64,000 nt of DNA, taken from NCBI GenBank assembly GCA_000182565.2, contig KQ257455.1, one strand, 5' to 3'. The notes below the pieces were generated by a model, which worked only from the letters and a program-made list of their open reading frames with translations, did not search any database and was not told the origin of the DNA. The position numbers were made by a program, and so were the translations under genes. The DNA comes from Spizellomyces punctatus DAOM BR117 (Eukaryota). Shown here one piece after another: positions 1 through 12,947 of the stretch (position 1 is its first letter; each line of letters starts with the position of its first letter).

Positions 1-826
1 TTTCCGCTTGATCAGGAGTTGCAGCATGTAAGCGATGACTGACTTGTAAGAATAAGGGAGAGGAATGAGCCAAGCGTAAGAAACGAAACAACCATTTTCA
101 TGCCCTCGGTTCTGTTGTACTGTCACGGCGTTACCCAAAGGGTTCAACGCTCCTCTGGACATTCACGGCCAGAGCAAACAGACATTATAAACCAAAGAGA
201 TTGAAGGATACGCACTCAAAGTTGTTCGGCGCGGATATCATATCTTTAATTACGCGCCGTTTCGCATCTTTCTTGCTTGCTTTTTGAGGCAGTCCAGAAC
301 GTTAATACAAGCCCACTCATCAAAATCGTCGATAGAGAATGTAAACCCACATTGTGCAGACGGTTCGGCCATGGTTAAGTAGGTTTGCACTCCTGCGCTA
401 GGAATGAGTTGTCGTCCAGTTCGTTTGTAGCGCGCGTTTGCTCTGTGCGAGTCGGGTGGTGAGGGCTCGATTACGTAAGAGTTGTTTGTCAAGGATCGCA
501 GTTTCCAGAAGGACGACGATGTCCGCTACTTGTTCACCATTAAAGAAAGCTTTCTTGCCGGATGTCCAAAACCCCTCTTTGCTACTGTCAGGTTCCTTTT
601 AGGACCATATCATTCATCATCGCAACTTTCTCTGGTTATATTAAAGGACCGTGCGTGTCTGGTTGAGGGTATCTCATGCTGTTTGCCCATTTCGGGCCAC
701 ATGTACGAGGGATGTTTCTTGACACAGCCTGGGCTTGATATCTATCTTTTCAAAGCACTATTCTAAAGTTATTTGGCCCGCCGGGTTTGCACGCGTCTCG
801 GTTTTCTGAACGGTTACTGCTTCGTC

Positions 827-834
827 TATAAAAA
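827..834 (+). promoter_or_regulatory. Putative TATA box upstream of the secreted protein gene
   Basis: TATAAAAA about 110 nt upstream of the ATG at 938, followed by a pyrimidine-rich tract. Confidence 0.45.
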
Positions 835-937
835 CCCAGTTCTTCTCCATCTTCCCTCATTTTCTGCTCTGGTCAACGTCAAATAAACTGCCCTCCAATT
901 TAGCTTCCGTCTTTGCACACTATCAACAAATATCATC

Positions 938-1555
938 ATGCATTTGACCAGCGTCTCTCTATTGCTAGCAGCAGCTATGGCAGCAGTGAAAGCTCTCCCT
1001 GCTCCTCAAGGGGGTATCCCTCAAGGTGACTTTAGCGTTCGCCCTACGCCCGCCTTTGCAACGATTCCCGCGCAACTCAGTGAAATCGCTACGCTGGTTG
1101 TCGAAACCGAAACGGCCACCGCAACCGAAACTGCGACCGAAACCGCAGCTGCGACCGAGACTGCGACCGAAACGTTGGAAACACTCGAAACTTCAGTCGC
1201 TACAACCACCACCGTTGCTGTAACAGAAACCGCTACGGCAATCGTTCCTGCAACCCTCGGCCCCATCACGCTGGGCGTTACAACCGATGCAGCCACGGCA
1301 ACCGCCTCGGCTCCTGGTCCCGTTGTCCCGAGCCCCGTTCTTCCTCCCATTTGTCGGCGGGCAGGCTGTAATGGTGAACTCTGCGTGGTCAACTCTCGCG
1401 ATGCTGTCCTCAGCCCTTGCGTGTGGAAGCCCGAGTTTGCTTGCTACAACTCTGCTACCTGTGGCTACAACGCTACAGCTCGTGCTTGCGGATGGCAGAA
1501 CACCGTCTCGCTCAGGACTTGCATTAGCGCTGCACGACAAAGTGCCCAGATCTAG
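938..1555 (+). CDS. Secreted Thr-rich (mucin-like) protein with C-terminal eight-cysteine domain
   Basis: Single-exon 205 aa ORF. It has a hydrophobic signal peptide (MHLTSVSLLLAAAMAAVKA), a TETA-repeat stalk and a C-terminal C-x4-C-x4-C...CVW...CY...C...CGW...C domain. Confidence 0.85.
   Translation: MHLTSVSLLLAAAMAAVKALPAPQGGIPQGDFSVRPTPAFATIPAQLSEIATLVVETETATATETATETAAATETATETLETLETSVATTTTVAVTETATAIVPATLGPITLGVTTDAATATASAPGPVVPSPVLPPICRRAGCNGELCVVNSRDAVLSPCVWKPEFACYNSATCGYNATARACGWQNTVSLRTCISAARQSAQI
1103..1190 (+). repeat. Coding tandem repeat (ACCGAAAC-like units, TETA)
   Basis: Imperfect repeats encoding ETETATATETATETAAATETATETLETLET. Confidence 0.7.
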
Positions 1556-2128
1556 TGCCCCCAATTTCAATGCAGTGTTGGGAGAATTTGTACAATGAAT
1601 GTCTGTAAATCTGATATATGTAATAAATGTTAAGTTTTCACCGTTTAACCGGAGTACTGTGGTAACAATAATGAGCCCTGACAATGCGCAACCTGTGGTT
1701 CAATGACCTTTGGTTAGGATTGGCCAGATGAGGACGGGATCTGGGTAGATTTTCAAAGTGCATCATTGATGTGCATGCATTGCAGCATGATCCATTTCTT
1801 TGCTTTGCGGACCTGTGAGACACTTGTCTCGTTGAATTTCAAAAAGGTTTCCGCTGTGTTGAACTCTCGCCGCACGTTGGAGGACGTTACGGGCAATGGT
1901 GAGATGCCAATCTTCCCAATGCATATATGGAATCGCAGGGTTTACCCCACTCCCGCGGTCTTTCCCCCGCTATTACTCAAGTACGCTATCCTAACGACAC
2001 TGTTCTGTTTGTATGTATCATGTGGACAACGTTTTCACTCTGCGCATATTTGTGCCAACTTTGGCATAAAATAATCAAAATATGTAGAATCTATATAATG
2101 TTACTATGTATTTAATGTCTCTTAGAGT

Positions 2129-3230
2129 CTATTCCTTAGTGAGATGGGCAACTGGTTCGTCTCCTTCCACCGTGGTCCCACCATCACCCCAGTCACAATT
2201 AGAGCCTGCGACATCGGCAGTACTGTGCCCAGTTCTCACCGATCCTCGGTCATCCCACGCCTGCACTCTTGCAGTCGACTCTTGTATATCTCTCAGAAAC
2301 GCTTCTGCAACCATACGGGCATCTTCATAAGAAATGGCAGACCCCTTATTGCTGCTTACGCTTGGGGAACGGGTAAAGGGTGAAGCTGCGTGTGGTCTGG
2401 ATGAAGAGGATTTTTTTGACATTCGACTTCCTGACCTTCTGAGAGCCGGTGCTGGTGTTGTTCGAGACAAACTAGACGGTGTGTATTCTAGGTTGGATCT
2501 AGGAACGGTAGCTGCAGATTCCAGAAAGGACAGAACCGTGTTAGAAGGGTTGGTAATGTCTGGTGTTCCCGTACTTTCAGAGACTTGTAGTTCCGCACAA
2601 ATATCAGATTGAAATAATACCTGGATCGCTCTCTGGAAAACTTGTCAACCCCATGAGAGATGAAACCGTTTGAAAGCGACTCGCTAATTCAGCTCGAGCA
2701 GCTTCATCGCCTTGTCTTGCTTGTCGCGCTAAACTCTTTACAGAAGATCTGCCTAGACTCGCCCTTTCACTGGCGACATTCCTCACGGTAGAGGCACGAG
2801 ACTCTCTGCGTGCCATGTTCGGGGGTCCATGAGGCAGAGGAGTTAAATAGTCTATTGGAGGTGGTGGGAAGAGATGATCGCTCCGCGGCTTCCCGTAGAG
2901 CCCGCTCATGGGCGTGCTGTCCTGCTGGAGCATATCGCGATGCGCCCACCAGGCAGCCTGTTTGGCTCTCTCGCGTTTGATGTAGATCCAAGCACTCACG
3001 ATGATAATAGTAATTAGCAATGCGGCCGCTATTTTACGCTCTTAGTATGGTAGTAGTCTGCAATACTTTGAGCTATTTCTTTTACCTGCCGTCACTCCTG
3101 CTACAATGATGACTATGTTTGAATCGCCATTGTCCTGTGAGCTCGCTGGAGCACTGACTGGTGCAGCTGGCGGCGTCGTACTTGCCATACTGGCAGTTGC
3201 GGTTTGAGTTGTACTAAATCTTGTGCTCAT
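2129..3230 (-). CDS. Uncharacterised single-pass membrane protein (about 3 exons)
   Basis: ORFs 3042-3230, 2604-3020 and 2129-2470 can be joined through GT-AG introns. The product has a S/T/A-rich N-terminus, a TM helix (IVIIVAGVTA..LLITIIIVSAWIYI) followed by KRER, and a disordered Ser-rich tail. Confidence 0.65.
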
Positions 3231-4246
3231 CGTAGTTAAAAGTACAGTGCTAGGGTCAAAGTGGGAGGAGACCTAGGCAGTGTAAAGAATATGTGGAACC
3301 AGGTTTGATCGACCTGCAATCGTCAACACACGACCGTGAACAGCGAGATACTGCGTTCCACAGCACCCAGAATATTCAGCTGGTAAGCAAACGGCTGCCT
3401 CTCCAGTATTACAGACAGCAATTGAGAGTGCAGCCGCTGATGATAAAAGGGTCAATTTTGAGGGAAATCTGAACCGTGCTTCTGTCAAAATGATCAGCAA
3501 ATCAAAGGTCCGACTGGTATGTTCCGGGAAGCCAAGGCCATATTGGTCAAATATCAATACAGGCGGTAATTGCTGGGTTACCGATAGATTTTGGAGTCCG
3601 ACAGATGAGATCATGGCTTTTTGGCAGAGCAAGACATTGGACGTTCAGTATCAAGAACTTGCGAGGGGACGCACATGGTCGGCGGCTCAGAAAATTGCGC
3701 ATACATAGGCGCACGTTTGCAGCGGCTCGGCGCCATGAAGTTTGGCAGCGGTGGGCGGATTTTGACAGCTGCCTTGCGGAGAGCAGAGCTGCTGTGCCAC
3801 ATGCGCGTTGTCCAGCGTTTGGTCATCAACAACGGAATTGAGAGATTCGATTCTCCGCAAGAAACCGGACAAGGTTATTCATGAAAGTACTATGGTGGGG
3901 TATATCGTAGCATATATTAATGGTGCACTGTCGCCGATCTTTGCAAGCCCCAGCCCTTTCCTTCCCTCCCGCGCCCACTAACGTTGGAAATGCAGACTGT
4001 TAAGCGAGTACAAACAGCAGACTCCGACTAGACATCATTCCGCATTCCATTACCCACGTTACAGGAACGTAATACGATATGACGCCCAGCCCCTTGTAAT
4101 ACTTGCACTCAGACAACGCATTATCAAAACCCACCCGCCTTCTTTGCAACCCCAAGCCCTCTCCTCCCGCTTGCCCTCTCACCCTCACCCACAGCCCACT
4201 TGACTTGCGCGACTGGGTCGGAGGCTTGACTCTCATTGGACCTTCG

Positions 4247-4770
4247 CATCTCGTTCGATAACTTGGTTGAATAATGGTGTAGAGTGTCCTTGACTCTCGT
4301 TGGACACAATACCTTGTAAGTAGCCGCCATCGACAATATCATTGGACTCGTCAGCAAGACGAGTGGCAGGACGCAGAGTCTGCCTCCCACACCAGCCGCT
4401 GTGGTGGCAAATCATAACAAAGTATTTGCTAGCAAAGAATTCTAGACAGTTTGCGGTTGAGGGACGGTTTGTGAGCCCCGGCGGCGAGGATACCCGGATG
4501 CCTTCACGGAATGTAGTGCCGCTGCCGGTCAATCCCACGCACTTTCAACTACCCGCGTCTTTCCAGCTTTCCACGCATAAAATGATGATGAAGTTTGCTC
4601 TGCCCGTCGGATCTCGTCCGCTAACTTGGCCGAATAATGGTGTAGTGTGTCCTTGACTCTCGTTGAACACAAAAGCTTGTACGTAGCCGCCGTCGACAAT
4701 ATCATTGGACTGGTCAGCAAGACGAGTGGTAGGACGCAGAGTCCGACTCCCACACCAGCCGCTGTGGTGA
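4247..4770. repeat. Diverged direct repeat of ~160 bp (4247-4407 and 4610-4770)
   Basis: Both copies encode LCVLPLVLLTSPMILSxAATYKxLCxTRVKDTLHHYSxKL on the minus strand. Confidence 0.85.
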
Positions 4771-5347
4771 GGGCCGGATGGGAGTGGACAAATGCAGCCA
4801 TTGGTCTAGTGGCGCCCACAGCCCGTACCAGGAGGGGGTGTGGGCTAGGCATCTCGCCTCCCTTCGCAGATGGTTCCGCTGCTGGAGCCACGGCGGCAAC
4901 GACTTCGGTGTTTTGATCGCAGTTACGACAGGCTGTGACGAAATCGCTGTGATCTTTTTTGATTTTGGATCTTCTTCTGCCTCGGTAATTGGATCAGGCT
5001 TGATGACCGTGGACACCTCGTTGCTTTGATCGAGAACGACGGCGAACTCTTGTGTCCCACACCCCACCCACACCTGGCCGACAACCGGCACCTTGACTCT
5101 CACCAACCTCACCCTCCGCTACCCAAACCAACCCCCCGTCCTCCACATCCCATCTTGGATCGGTTGCCGGCTGTTCCACCGGCTTTCATATGGTTTGTCA
5201 ACCGATGCCTTTGTTGGCCGCTTCTCATACGGTTTTCCTGCAAATGCGTTCCGAGATTGAGCGACCTTTAACCTCTTCATCATCATTTTGTGCGTTGAAA
5301 GCTGGAATGATGCTGGTAGCTGAAAGTGCGTCGGATTGACCGGCAGC
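4521..5347. repeat. Inverted repeat of ~73 bp (4521-4593 plus, 5275-5347 minus)
   Basis: Both arms encode LPVNPTHFQLPASFQLSTHKMMMK in opposite orientations. Confidence 0.85.
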
Positions 5348-7155
5348 TCATCTTCTGAAGCGACTGGATCGATCACCAGTTGCTCTCTCTTTTTTTTTCT
5401 TGGTTCTCTTCTGCAAGTAGTTTGCCATGGCCTCTTCCACCAACTTTCTCGTGTAGCTCGTAACTGGGGAGGGATTTGATGCGGGCGTCATGGTGAAAAC
5501 CGTGCGTTGAGCTGTTGAGTGGTCGCGTAGGTAGACTTGATCATCGGCGGTGACCACGTCTGTCTCGTCATTCGCGGGCGCAGACTGTGGGGTGAACGCG
5601 AAGGGCTCGACCGTGGACAGGGAATGAGTTGGGGGTGCCGCATTGGCTTTCGACTTTGGTTTCCTCATCGATTTCTTTGGCATGTCTGAAGAGACGGGAG
5701 GTAACAGATGCAGCTGTGCAGGTTGAAGAGAGTAGGAAGATTGACAAATGTAGAAATGTCTCATGGTGGGAATCGAGTTGAACGATCAAGAGTAAGAGTT
5801 GATGAACGGCGGGAGCGGTTGGGTGGTCGCTTTTTTATGCTTTTCACCAGAGGAATCTGGCCCTGGTGTATTTCTTGACACGCCAGCTGGGCCAGATTTT
5901 TCAACATCTTTTTGCAACTGGCACAAGCTGGGCATAATCAGCTACGTGTCTGACGCACTAGCGGGCCACATTTTAGTTTCGCTAGGCGAAGGGCAATGAT
6001 GCAAGTGGCACGAGCGGGCCAACGATGAACCAATCTATCAGCAGCTGGGCCATTGTCGTGGACTAAAGAAATCATCCTCCTTGGAACACGTTCAACGTTA
6101 TACGAGTGTCGGTGTGCGATGGGACGATAGACGATGCCCACCTCCCCTCATCATCCAAGGGCAACATGCAGATTGGTGGTTCTTTGGGCCGCATCATATC
6201 AAAGTTTGCTTTTATAGTTTATTTTGCAGGCGATCTGAAATCGCATGTCCGTGTTTTCATCGAACAACCCAGAGCATAGTATATTCCATAATGTCAATCG
6301 TGGACATGAGATGAAAACGAGAATTCCATGTGCTTGTGGACGAGCGCAAGCGGCGGAGTAGCGAGTGTGCATTGTACGCGCGGCTACACACTTGCTCATT
6401 CGAAAAGTGGAAGAATGGAAGAATTTAGACCTTTAGCAACGCAGTCCCCTTTGGTACCACCCACGGTCGTCCTCCCCTACGGGTTATAGTAAATTGCCAA
6501 ACATCACACAGATTGGAGAAGTCTCCGTGCAGCAGATCTTTGGGCCCTTGACTTGTGGACGATGGGGACCCTCAACCAAAACTTTAATAATCCTGCGGAC
6601 GACATGTGTAGCTGGCAAAACCTAAAGCCAAAACAAGTCTACAATTGCCAATGATCTACGGGTAAACCATCTTTTCAGAATACATTTCGTTGTTGCCGCG
6701 AACCAAGTTGAGCTCATCGACTGCTGCTCTCCCCCCTGCGCAATCCTTTCCTTTGCTTGCTTTTCAAATCTCTCCAAAGGCTGAATGGATTCATGCCTCG
6801 CAATGGAACGCTCATGCATCGCCATGCAATCGCTATGCCATTTCAACAAGGTTTTAAACTCAATATCTCCATAAAACATCCCCAACCGTCAGAAACCTAC
6901 ATCCACAAAATAAACAAACAAAAACAGTAAATAAAAACCAACCTCCGTTTGACACAAACTCGCCGCTGGTCAAATTTTGAACGATTACCTGATCATACTG
7001 TGCCACTTTGGGGTGGCACAGTGCACAGCGGGGACCTCTTGCTCTCGATGAGCGTGTTTTTTATAGGTTTTTTACCTTGCAAATCTCTTGAGCATCACGG
7101 AAATCTCTCCAGAAGAACTACAAGATTTGAGCTGGTTGGGTGTCATCCTCTGGAG

Positions 7156-9550
7156 ATGGGTGGACCCCGCTTATCCGTTCAGCTGGAGCGAGGGCGAACC
7201 CCGCACTTTGCAGGAGAGATTATGAAAGGTGCGTGCATGTCCTCCAGATATTGAACGGAGAGTTTAGCCAACTGACACGATTGACAGGCCGGGTGATTCT
7301 CGACTGGCAGAAAGGAGGTCCTGTCAAGTATGTGCGTCTACGGTGTGTGGGCGCCGTTCAATTGACTGGAAAGGCAAAGCCTGATCTGTAAGTTTTGAAG
7401 CGGAAACGAATGGGAAGCACGTTGGTGCGGGAGGGTAGCAGATGTGAGACAACGTCGGACTTTGCCTGTGGGTGGTGGAGGGCGACTGCCACTGCAGATA
7501 CAGTCACGCTCAAAATAGCGATCTGCAATCTGCGGTCTCTCCAAAACGTATCACAAGCAAGCGTACTGATATCTCACCCCCTTTCAGTGCGGAGATTATA
7601 CGAACCCTTGACGCAGCGGAGCGAACACGCCTGCTCATGTACTACGAGAAGATTATATGGGGAAAGCGCGCCAATACAAACACGCTTGGGGAGAACATTT
7701 TTGACGTGGCAACGATGCCATCGGGAAAGCAGATCTTTCCTTTTGAGTTTCCGCTCGTGCGGAAAGATCCTGGTATGGAGTTGGTGCTGCCTTCCTCGTT
7801 TCAGGTATGAATGTGCACTGTGAAAGTGTTGCTCTCTTGGGTTCATTTTGGATGATGGCCTGATTTTTTCGACTTTTTATTAGAACTGGAAGATTGCAAT
7901 TGTATATTTTGTACATGTGGAAATAGTCCGGCCATGGCCTCGCAAAGATTACTCTTCCTTTTATCCGTTTCACGTTGCTTGCCTCAACGATACGAATGAT
8001 CCTCTATACCATCAACCGCAGGCGATCACGCGGGGGATTGACGTGGGCTTACTAGGCCTTTTTCTCAAGGGGACAATAGAGGCCCGCGTCAGCATCCCTC
8101 GAAAGGCCTATTGCAAAGGTATAAATGGGCACGAAGGACGATATCAGCGAACTTGACTATCATTTGCTGACCTCCTTATGCACTTGCAGGCGACACAATT
8201 CCCATCCGTTTGGAAATTAATCACATGGGCAACGTCAAGCACGTAACGGGCGTCCACATCTCGCTTGTCAGATATATTCGATGGAGATATCCTACGCGAG
8301 GCATGGGCTATGCCGTCGATCCATTTATCCCTCATTCAACATTTTCCCCCGCAAAAGTAGCGAGAATTCGACATGTATACGAGCCTCTTGATATAGCGCC
8401 CGGTGACGTGGACGTTGACCTTACGGTGGACTACTTCATTGACCCGATACGACGAGAGAGAGGGACCAAGAAAAAGGCTACCCTCAATCCTGACACGCCA
8501 CTTGCGTTGCATTACTCGGATGACTTTCCTTGGAGTAGTTTGGGGCGGGACGATGACGTAGTAAGGGTGTCCTATGAGCTACAGGTCCAATTGAGAATAG
8601 GACGCAGTGATGCTCGAAGTATGAATAAGAGTGTCGATGATGATACTGCATCTCTCGAACATCTTCCAAATGGAAAGTCGGACGAGATGGGGTCTAGCGA
8701 CGAAGAGAAGCGGAAAGTAGACCATGTTGTCAAGTCTCTAGCAGACGGGATGTTGAGCGGTGGACGTAAATCCTTGGAGTTTAGTTTCCCCATCGTAATA
8801 GGAACAATCCCTCTCAGGGAAACTTTGGCGGAGCCTCCTCGACGACCATCGACGAGAAGCACCGTACGCACAAATCGGAGCAGGTCTACATCTGTGCCCA
8901 GACGACGGCGAAGAAACACCATTTCTGGAGGGTCTGATCGCATGTCTCTATCAAGTCGGCCTAGTACACAGAATTCATCAACGTCCACTGAAAGTCGCCC
9001 GCGAGCATCCTCGGAAATAAAGGGACAACTCTCGATAAAGACTCAACGACAGAATACCTCATCCCCACTCCCGTCACGCCACCCGTCAAGTGCCTCCGCT
9101 TCAAGCTCTGCCCTCCATCTTCTTCCTCCCCGTCCCATTCCACGATCTTTTGCACCGACCTCCCCATCTCTAGACAATATCATGAGCGCTTCAACCGACA
9201 CTTCCAACGTCTCTAGTCCTAGTATTTGCGCGCACTGCTCGTCGCACATGCGAACGACCTCAAATGGTTCCATCCGCAGTTGTAGCGGGGAGAGTACGTC
9301 ACCAAGTACGCCCTCTCCTTCCGCCCCCCCGGCTCACTTGGTGCTCACACCTCCACCCGATAAGAATGCATATGCTCTCGCAGCGGAACAATCGAGCGTG
9401 CGATCTACGGGTTCTACTTATCAGAATCCTACTGCGTCAAGTTCCGCAGTTCATCGTGATGCTTCCACAAACGGGACAAGAGGAGTTGATGCAATAGACG
9501 AACCATGGCTTCCTGTAGAGCCACCACCCCCTTATTCGGAATACTCATAA
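7156..9550 (+). CDS. Alpha-arrestin (arrestin N/C domains, Ser-rich tail, PY motif)
   Basis: Exons encode FAGEIMK / LTGRVILDW...VRLRCVG / GKQIFPFEF...LPSSF / ARVSIPRKAY / VSYELQVQL...FPIVIGTIPL, ending in PPPPYSEYS. Confidence 0.85.
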
Positions 9551-9757
9551 TTTTTTTCTTTTGTTCGTCACCCCGCACATGCTTGCCAAAATCTATGCGG
9601 ATTCATGTTACATTCTTACAATTCCCCAGAAGGTTTATATAAATTCATGTAATACATTTTGATTGTTTGACAAAGATGTACACAAGTGGCGTGAGCTGAT
9701 CATTCTAATTTCGCATCCAATATTAACACAGTAAATGTATATACATAAAAATATCTT

Positions 9758-12617
9758 TTAAGCAACAACAAACGACCCATTCTCAAAGCGCACTGCGTTG
9801 GTCACGGGTATACCCCATTGGACAGCTCTCTGAGTACGATCCAGTCCGGCCAATGCATACAAAGCTTCCACTATCCCACCTACACCTTCCCCAGCTACCA
9901 GCCCCGACGCGACGGCGTAGCAATATAGCTCATGCGATGTCGGGGATCGTCTCTTCCAGAAAAAAGTGATCAGAGCTCCTGTAAACATCGCGAGACCAAT
10001 GTATGGTTGCGGGTTTACAAGGGCGATTCCGAATGCTATTCACAGCCAATGGAACCATCATTAAATGGTGGTCAGGTTGCATAAATGAAACCTTTCAAAC
10101 CTTACCACTTAAACTCGGCAAAAATTGTCTAAAATTTGGTCTGACCAGATTATACTTTACAATTGTAAACACGATGCAGATAATCAACATCGCTAGACTC
10201 ATCCATGCTGCCGATGCAGGGACCGTCTTGTCGATCCCTGACGTAAGAGCAACGGAAACTGCGGTCCAGGATGCAACAGCAGGTGCTTCAAATTCGCATG
10301 TTTGCCCAGGAACAGGCATCCGAAGAATGCAAGGATACGATGTTCCGAATAAGATGAAAAGCCCGACGGAGAGGAACACCGCTGCCAAACTTGCAAGGGC
10401 TTGCGCAAGGAATTGGGCTCGTGGTGGTGATCGGAGGAGATGTGCGGTCTTTAAATCCTCTACCATGTCGACCTGGTCAAAGGGGAGAAAATTTAACCAT
10501 GACTGATTTTCAAAAACGACCGAGTCCATTTTTCGACTAACCGTTTGGGAGGCACACGCAGCAGCAACATTCCCAGCAATCAAATTGGTCTTCAAAGCCT
10601 GGCGCATATCGGAATGACGAAAAGCCGCAAAAATGAATTGGGTCGTTTTTCCAATCGCTCCTGTCGGGTTGATATCTGTCTCTCCTGCAGCTTGTAAGCC
10701 TACAAACGCCAGTAAGAAGCCGAGTATAATGGCAATAAGGCCTTCATAAACTGCGAGACCAAACTGCCAGGTCAAAATCCTAAAGACACAGAAATCAGCC
10801 AGTGGTTTGACATGCCCCTTGTGTGTGCCCCTAACACGTACGCTGTGGTGAAAACTGTGGATACTAATAACCCTGTTCCCCACCATAAAGCTGGGACACG
10901 CTCATGGGGCAGCGTCGGATCTTCCTCCTCCGAATGTTCATCCGCGGGATCAGCATGCACCATTCCTTCTCCAAACACCTGCTCCCGCTTTTCGTCGGTC
11001 GAAACTTTCGCAGGTGCGACTTCTTCGCTGTTCACTCTGGTCATTGGATAGGATGACCCAGTTGATCCTTTCCTGGTTATCTTGGCCGCTGCTTTTATCC
11101 CGCCCTTGGTTTCCTGAAATAATCCTGTAAACCCCCGCGCGAGCGACTTCCATCGCACACCAAGCTCTGCAAAGCTTGATGCGATCATCAACACCACCCC
11201 CGGCCAAAGAAGCCAGTATTGAGCCGTCACTTGACGGTTAAACTCTTCTATGGATGTGGTACTGTTGAATTCAGTGTAGTGTGGGAAACCAAACGCGTTC
11301 GTTACGGTCCCGGTTGCAAGAAGGGTGGGGCCTAAATCACCAGCAATAAATGTTTAAGTCTAGGAATTGGGGTGCACGAACAACGCATCATCACGGATGT
11401 GCGACGCACCGATAATAGCCCATGCTGTAACACTTCCCGCAAAGAACGATGTCGCAGTATTCATTCCCACTAGCATCCCCGCGCCTAGAAACGCCAGCCG
11501 AAACTCCAGCCTCCACCGCCACAGCGCGTCAGCAGCCATCAATGGGATCGACCGGGCGGCTTTCCCAATAAAGTATAGAGGATGCCACTCTAGTAGAACG
11601 GGTATCCACCAAGTAATGCATTTTACAGCAAAGGCCAGAACAAAGGATGTAACCAAGATCTTTGCCTTCTTGCCGCTATTCAGCTCTCCCTCTACGCTGT
11701 CATGAAGGGATTTGATAGTCTCAGCCGACACCGTAGCCGATGGGAAGATCAGTTTCTGCTTCAGAACTGCCAATTGGAATATAATCAGGATCTCCACACA
11801 CTTGAGCGTTTTAGCGATTGACCGCAACTTACTAAAGTAACGCCGCAGAGGAATAGCAAAAAACAGCCCATAGTATGCGGCTGCTAGTGCAAACAATAGA
11901 AGCGGAACCACATCTTTGGCAACCGTGTCGCTCATCAACCCTAATCGATAAAGAGCTGGAATGGCTGTCACAAATCCCACAGACAAGCCTCCCGCGGCTG
12001 TCGCGCTACTCTGTACCGTACAGTTCTCCTTTGGTCCAAAGTAACCACCTATTGCCAAAAACCGTAGCTAATGAGATACTATTCATTGGTTTTGTCAATG
12101 GGATACTTACCACCGAACCTCGGAGACAAAATCCTTGATAATGGCTTTAATATCGCAAACCTATAAAGTACCGAAGATCATCAATACTACAAAAAGTAGG
12201 CAGACGCAGGGGATCTTGTCTCAAAAACCATCAATATATCATACCCAACAATAGATCCAAATAAGGATGCTCCAAAGGTCCACCCCACAGTCAAGCCCAG
12301 ATACATATTCGAGGCCCCAATTATGGCACCCAATATCGTGCCAACAAAGACCGCGCGGAACGTGAAAGCTTGCTCTTCAACACCATTCGTTCCACGCAAT
12401 GGCGGGTCAAACCCTCCTGGCCTTAGACCTTCACTGTCAATGGATTTTTTCTCCTCCAAGTCTACATATTGCAGGTCTTCTGATAATCTGCCTTGGTCGA
12501 ACTGGGATAGACACAATGAGCATTAAAGATCAGTTATAACCTTGGCTCACTAAAAATTCTCTCAACACGACAATTCACCTGTTTATAAGGATGGTAATCT
12601 GCAGGTAGAGGCGTCAT
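9758..12617 (-). CDS. OPT/YSL-family oligopeptide transporter
   Basis: Motifs FTFRAVFVG...SNMYLGL, KENCTVQSSATAAGG, LIFPSA, ETDINP, DLKTAHLL and ASGLVAGEG. Multi-exon, many TM helices. The start exon MTPLPADYHPYKQ is inferred. Confidence 0.9.
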
Positions 12618-12711
12618 CGCATAGATCCAAGCAATGCAATCACCATCACGGTCAACGTAGTTTTTGTGCTAAAACGTCAGTCAAGGGCTGAGCAACGACC
12701 GCTTGGATGGC

Positions 12712-12719
12712 TGAGTCAT
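12712..12719 (-). promoter_or_regulatory. Gcn4/AP-1-like site (ATGACTCA) upstream of the OPT gene
   Basis: TGAGTCAT on the plus strand, about 95 nt upstream of the inferred OPT start codon. Confidence 0.3.
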
Positions 12720-12947
12720 TCCAGTGGCTGTGAAATCAATAGCCAATATCTTCAGTAACAGGCTGAAGCGCCCTGGTGGTTTAACAAGACGAATGATTTC
12801 ATGCAAAAGATATCCATGGTTGTAATCGCTAATGAGAAAGAACGTCATCACAGCTAAATAAAACAGTCAACACACCCCCCTTCACCCTGAATGCAGCTTC
12901 GCCCTAATACTAAAATTCTTGATAAATTGGTGGCTATCCAACAGGAT

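Larger units (their letters stand above)
4000..5764 (-). pseudogene. Fragmented and rearranged gene relic with internal duplication and inversion
   Basis: Consecutive protein-like ORFs lie in shifting frames (5348-5764, 5119-5376, 4714-5112, 4529-4891, 4124-4390, 4000-4236). There is a frameshift at a T-run near 5390, and peptides are duplicated. Confidence 0.55.

Noticed and set aside
250-770. Short protein-like minus-strand ORF fragments at the window start
   Set aside because: No recognisable motif or coherent exon structure. Possibly a relic, but not supportable.
6622-6885. 87 aa minus-strand ORF, possible transposon or gene relic
   Set aside because: No transposase motif, TIR or TSD is visible.
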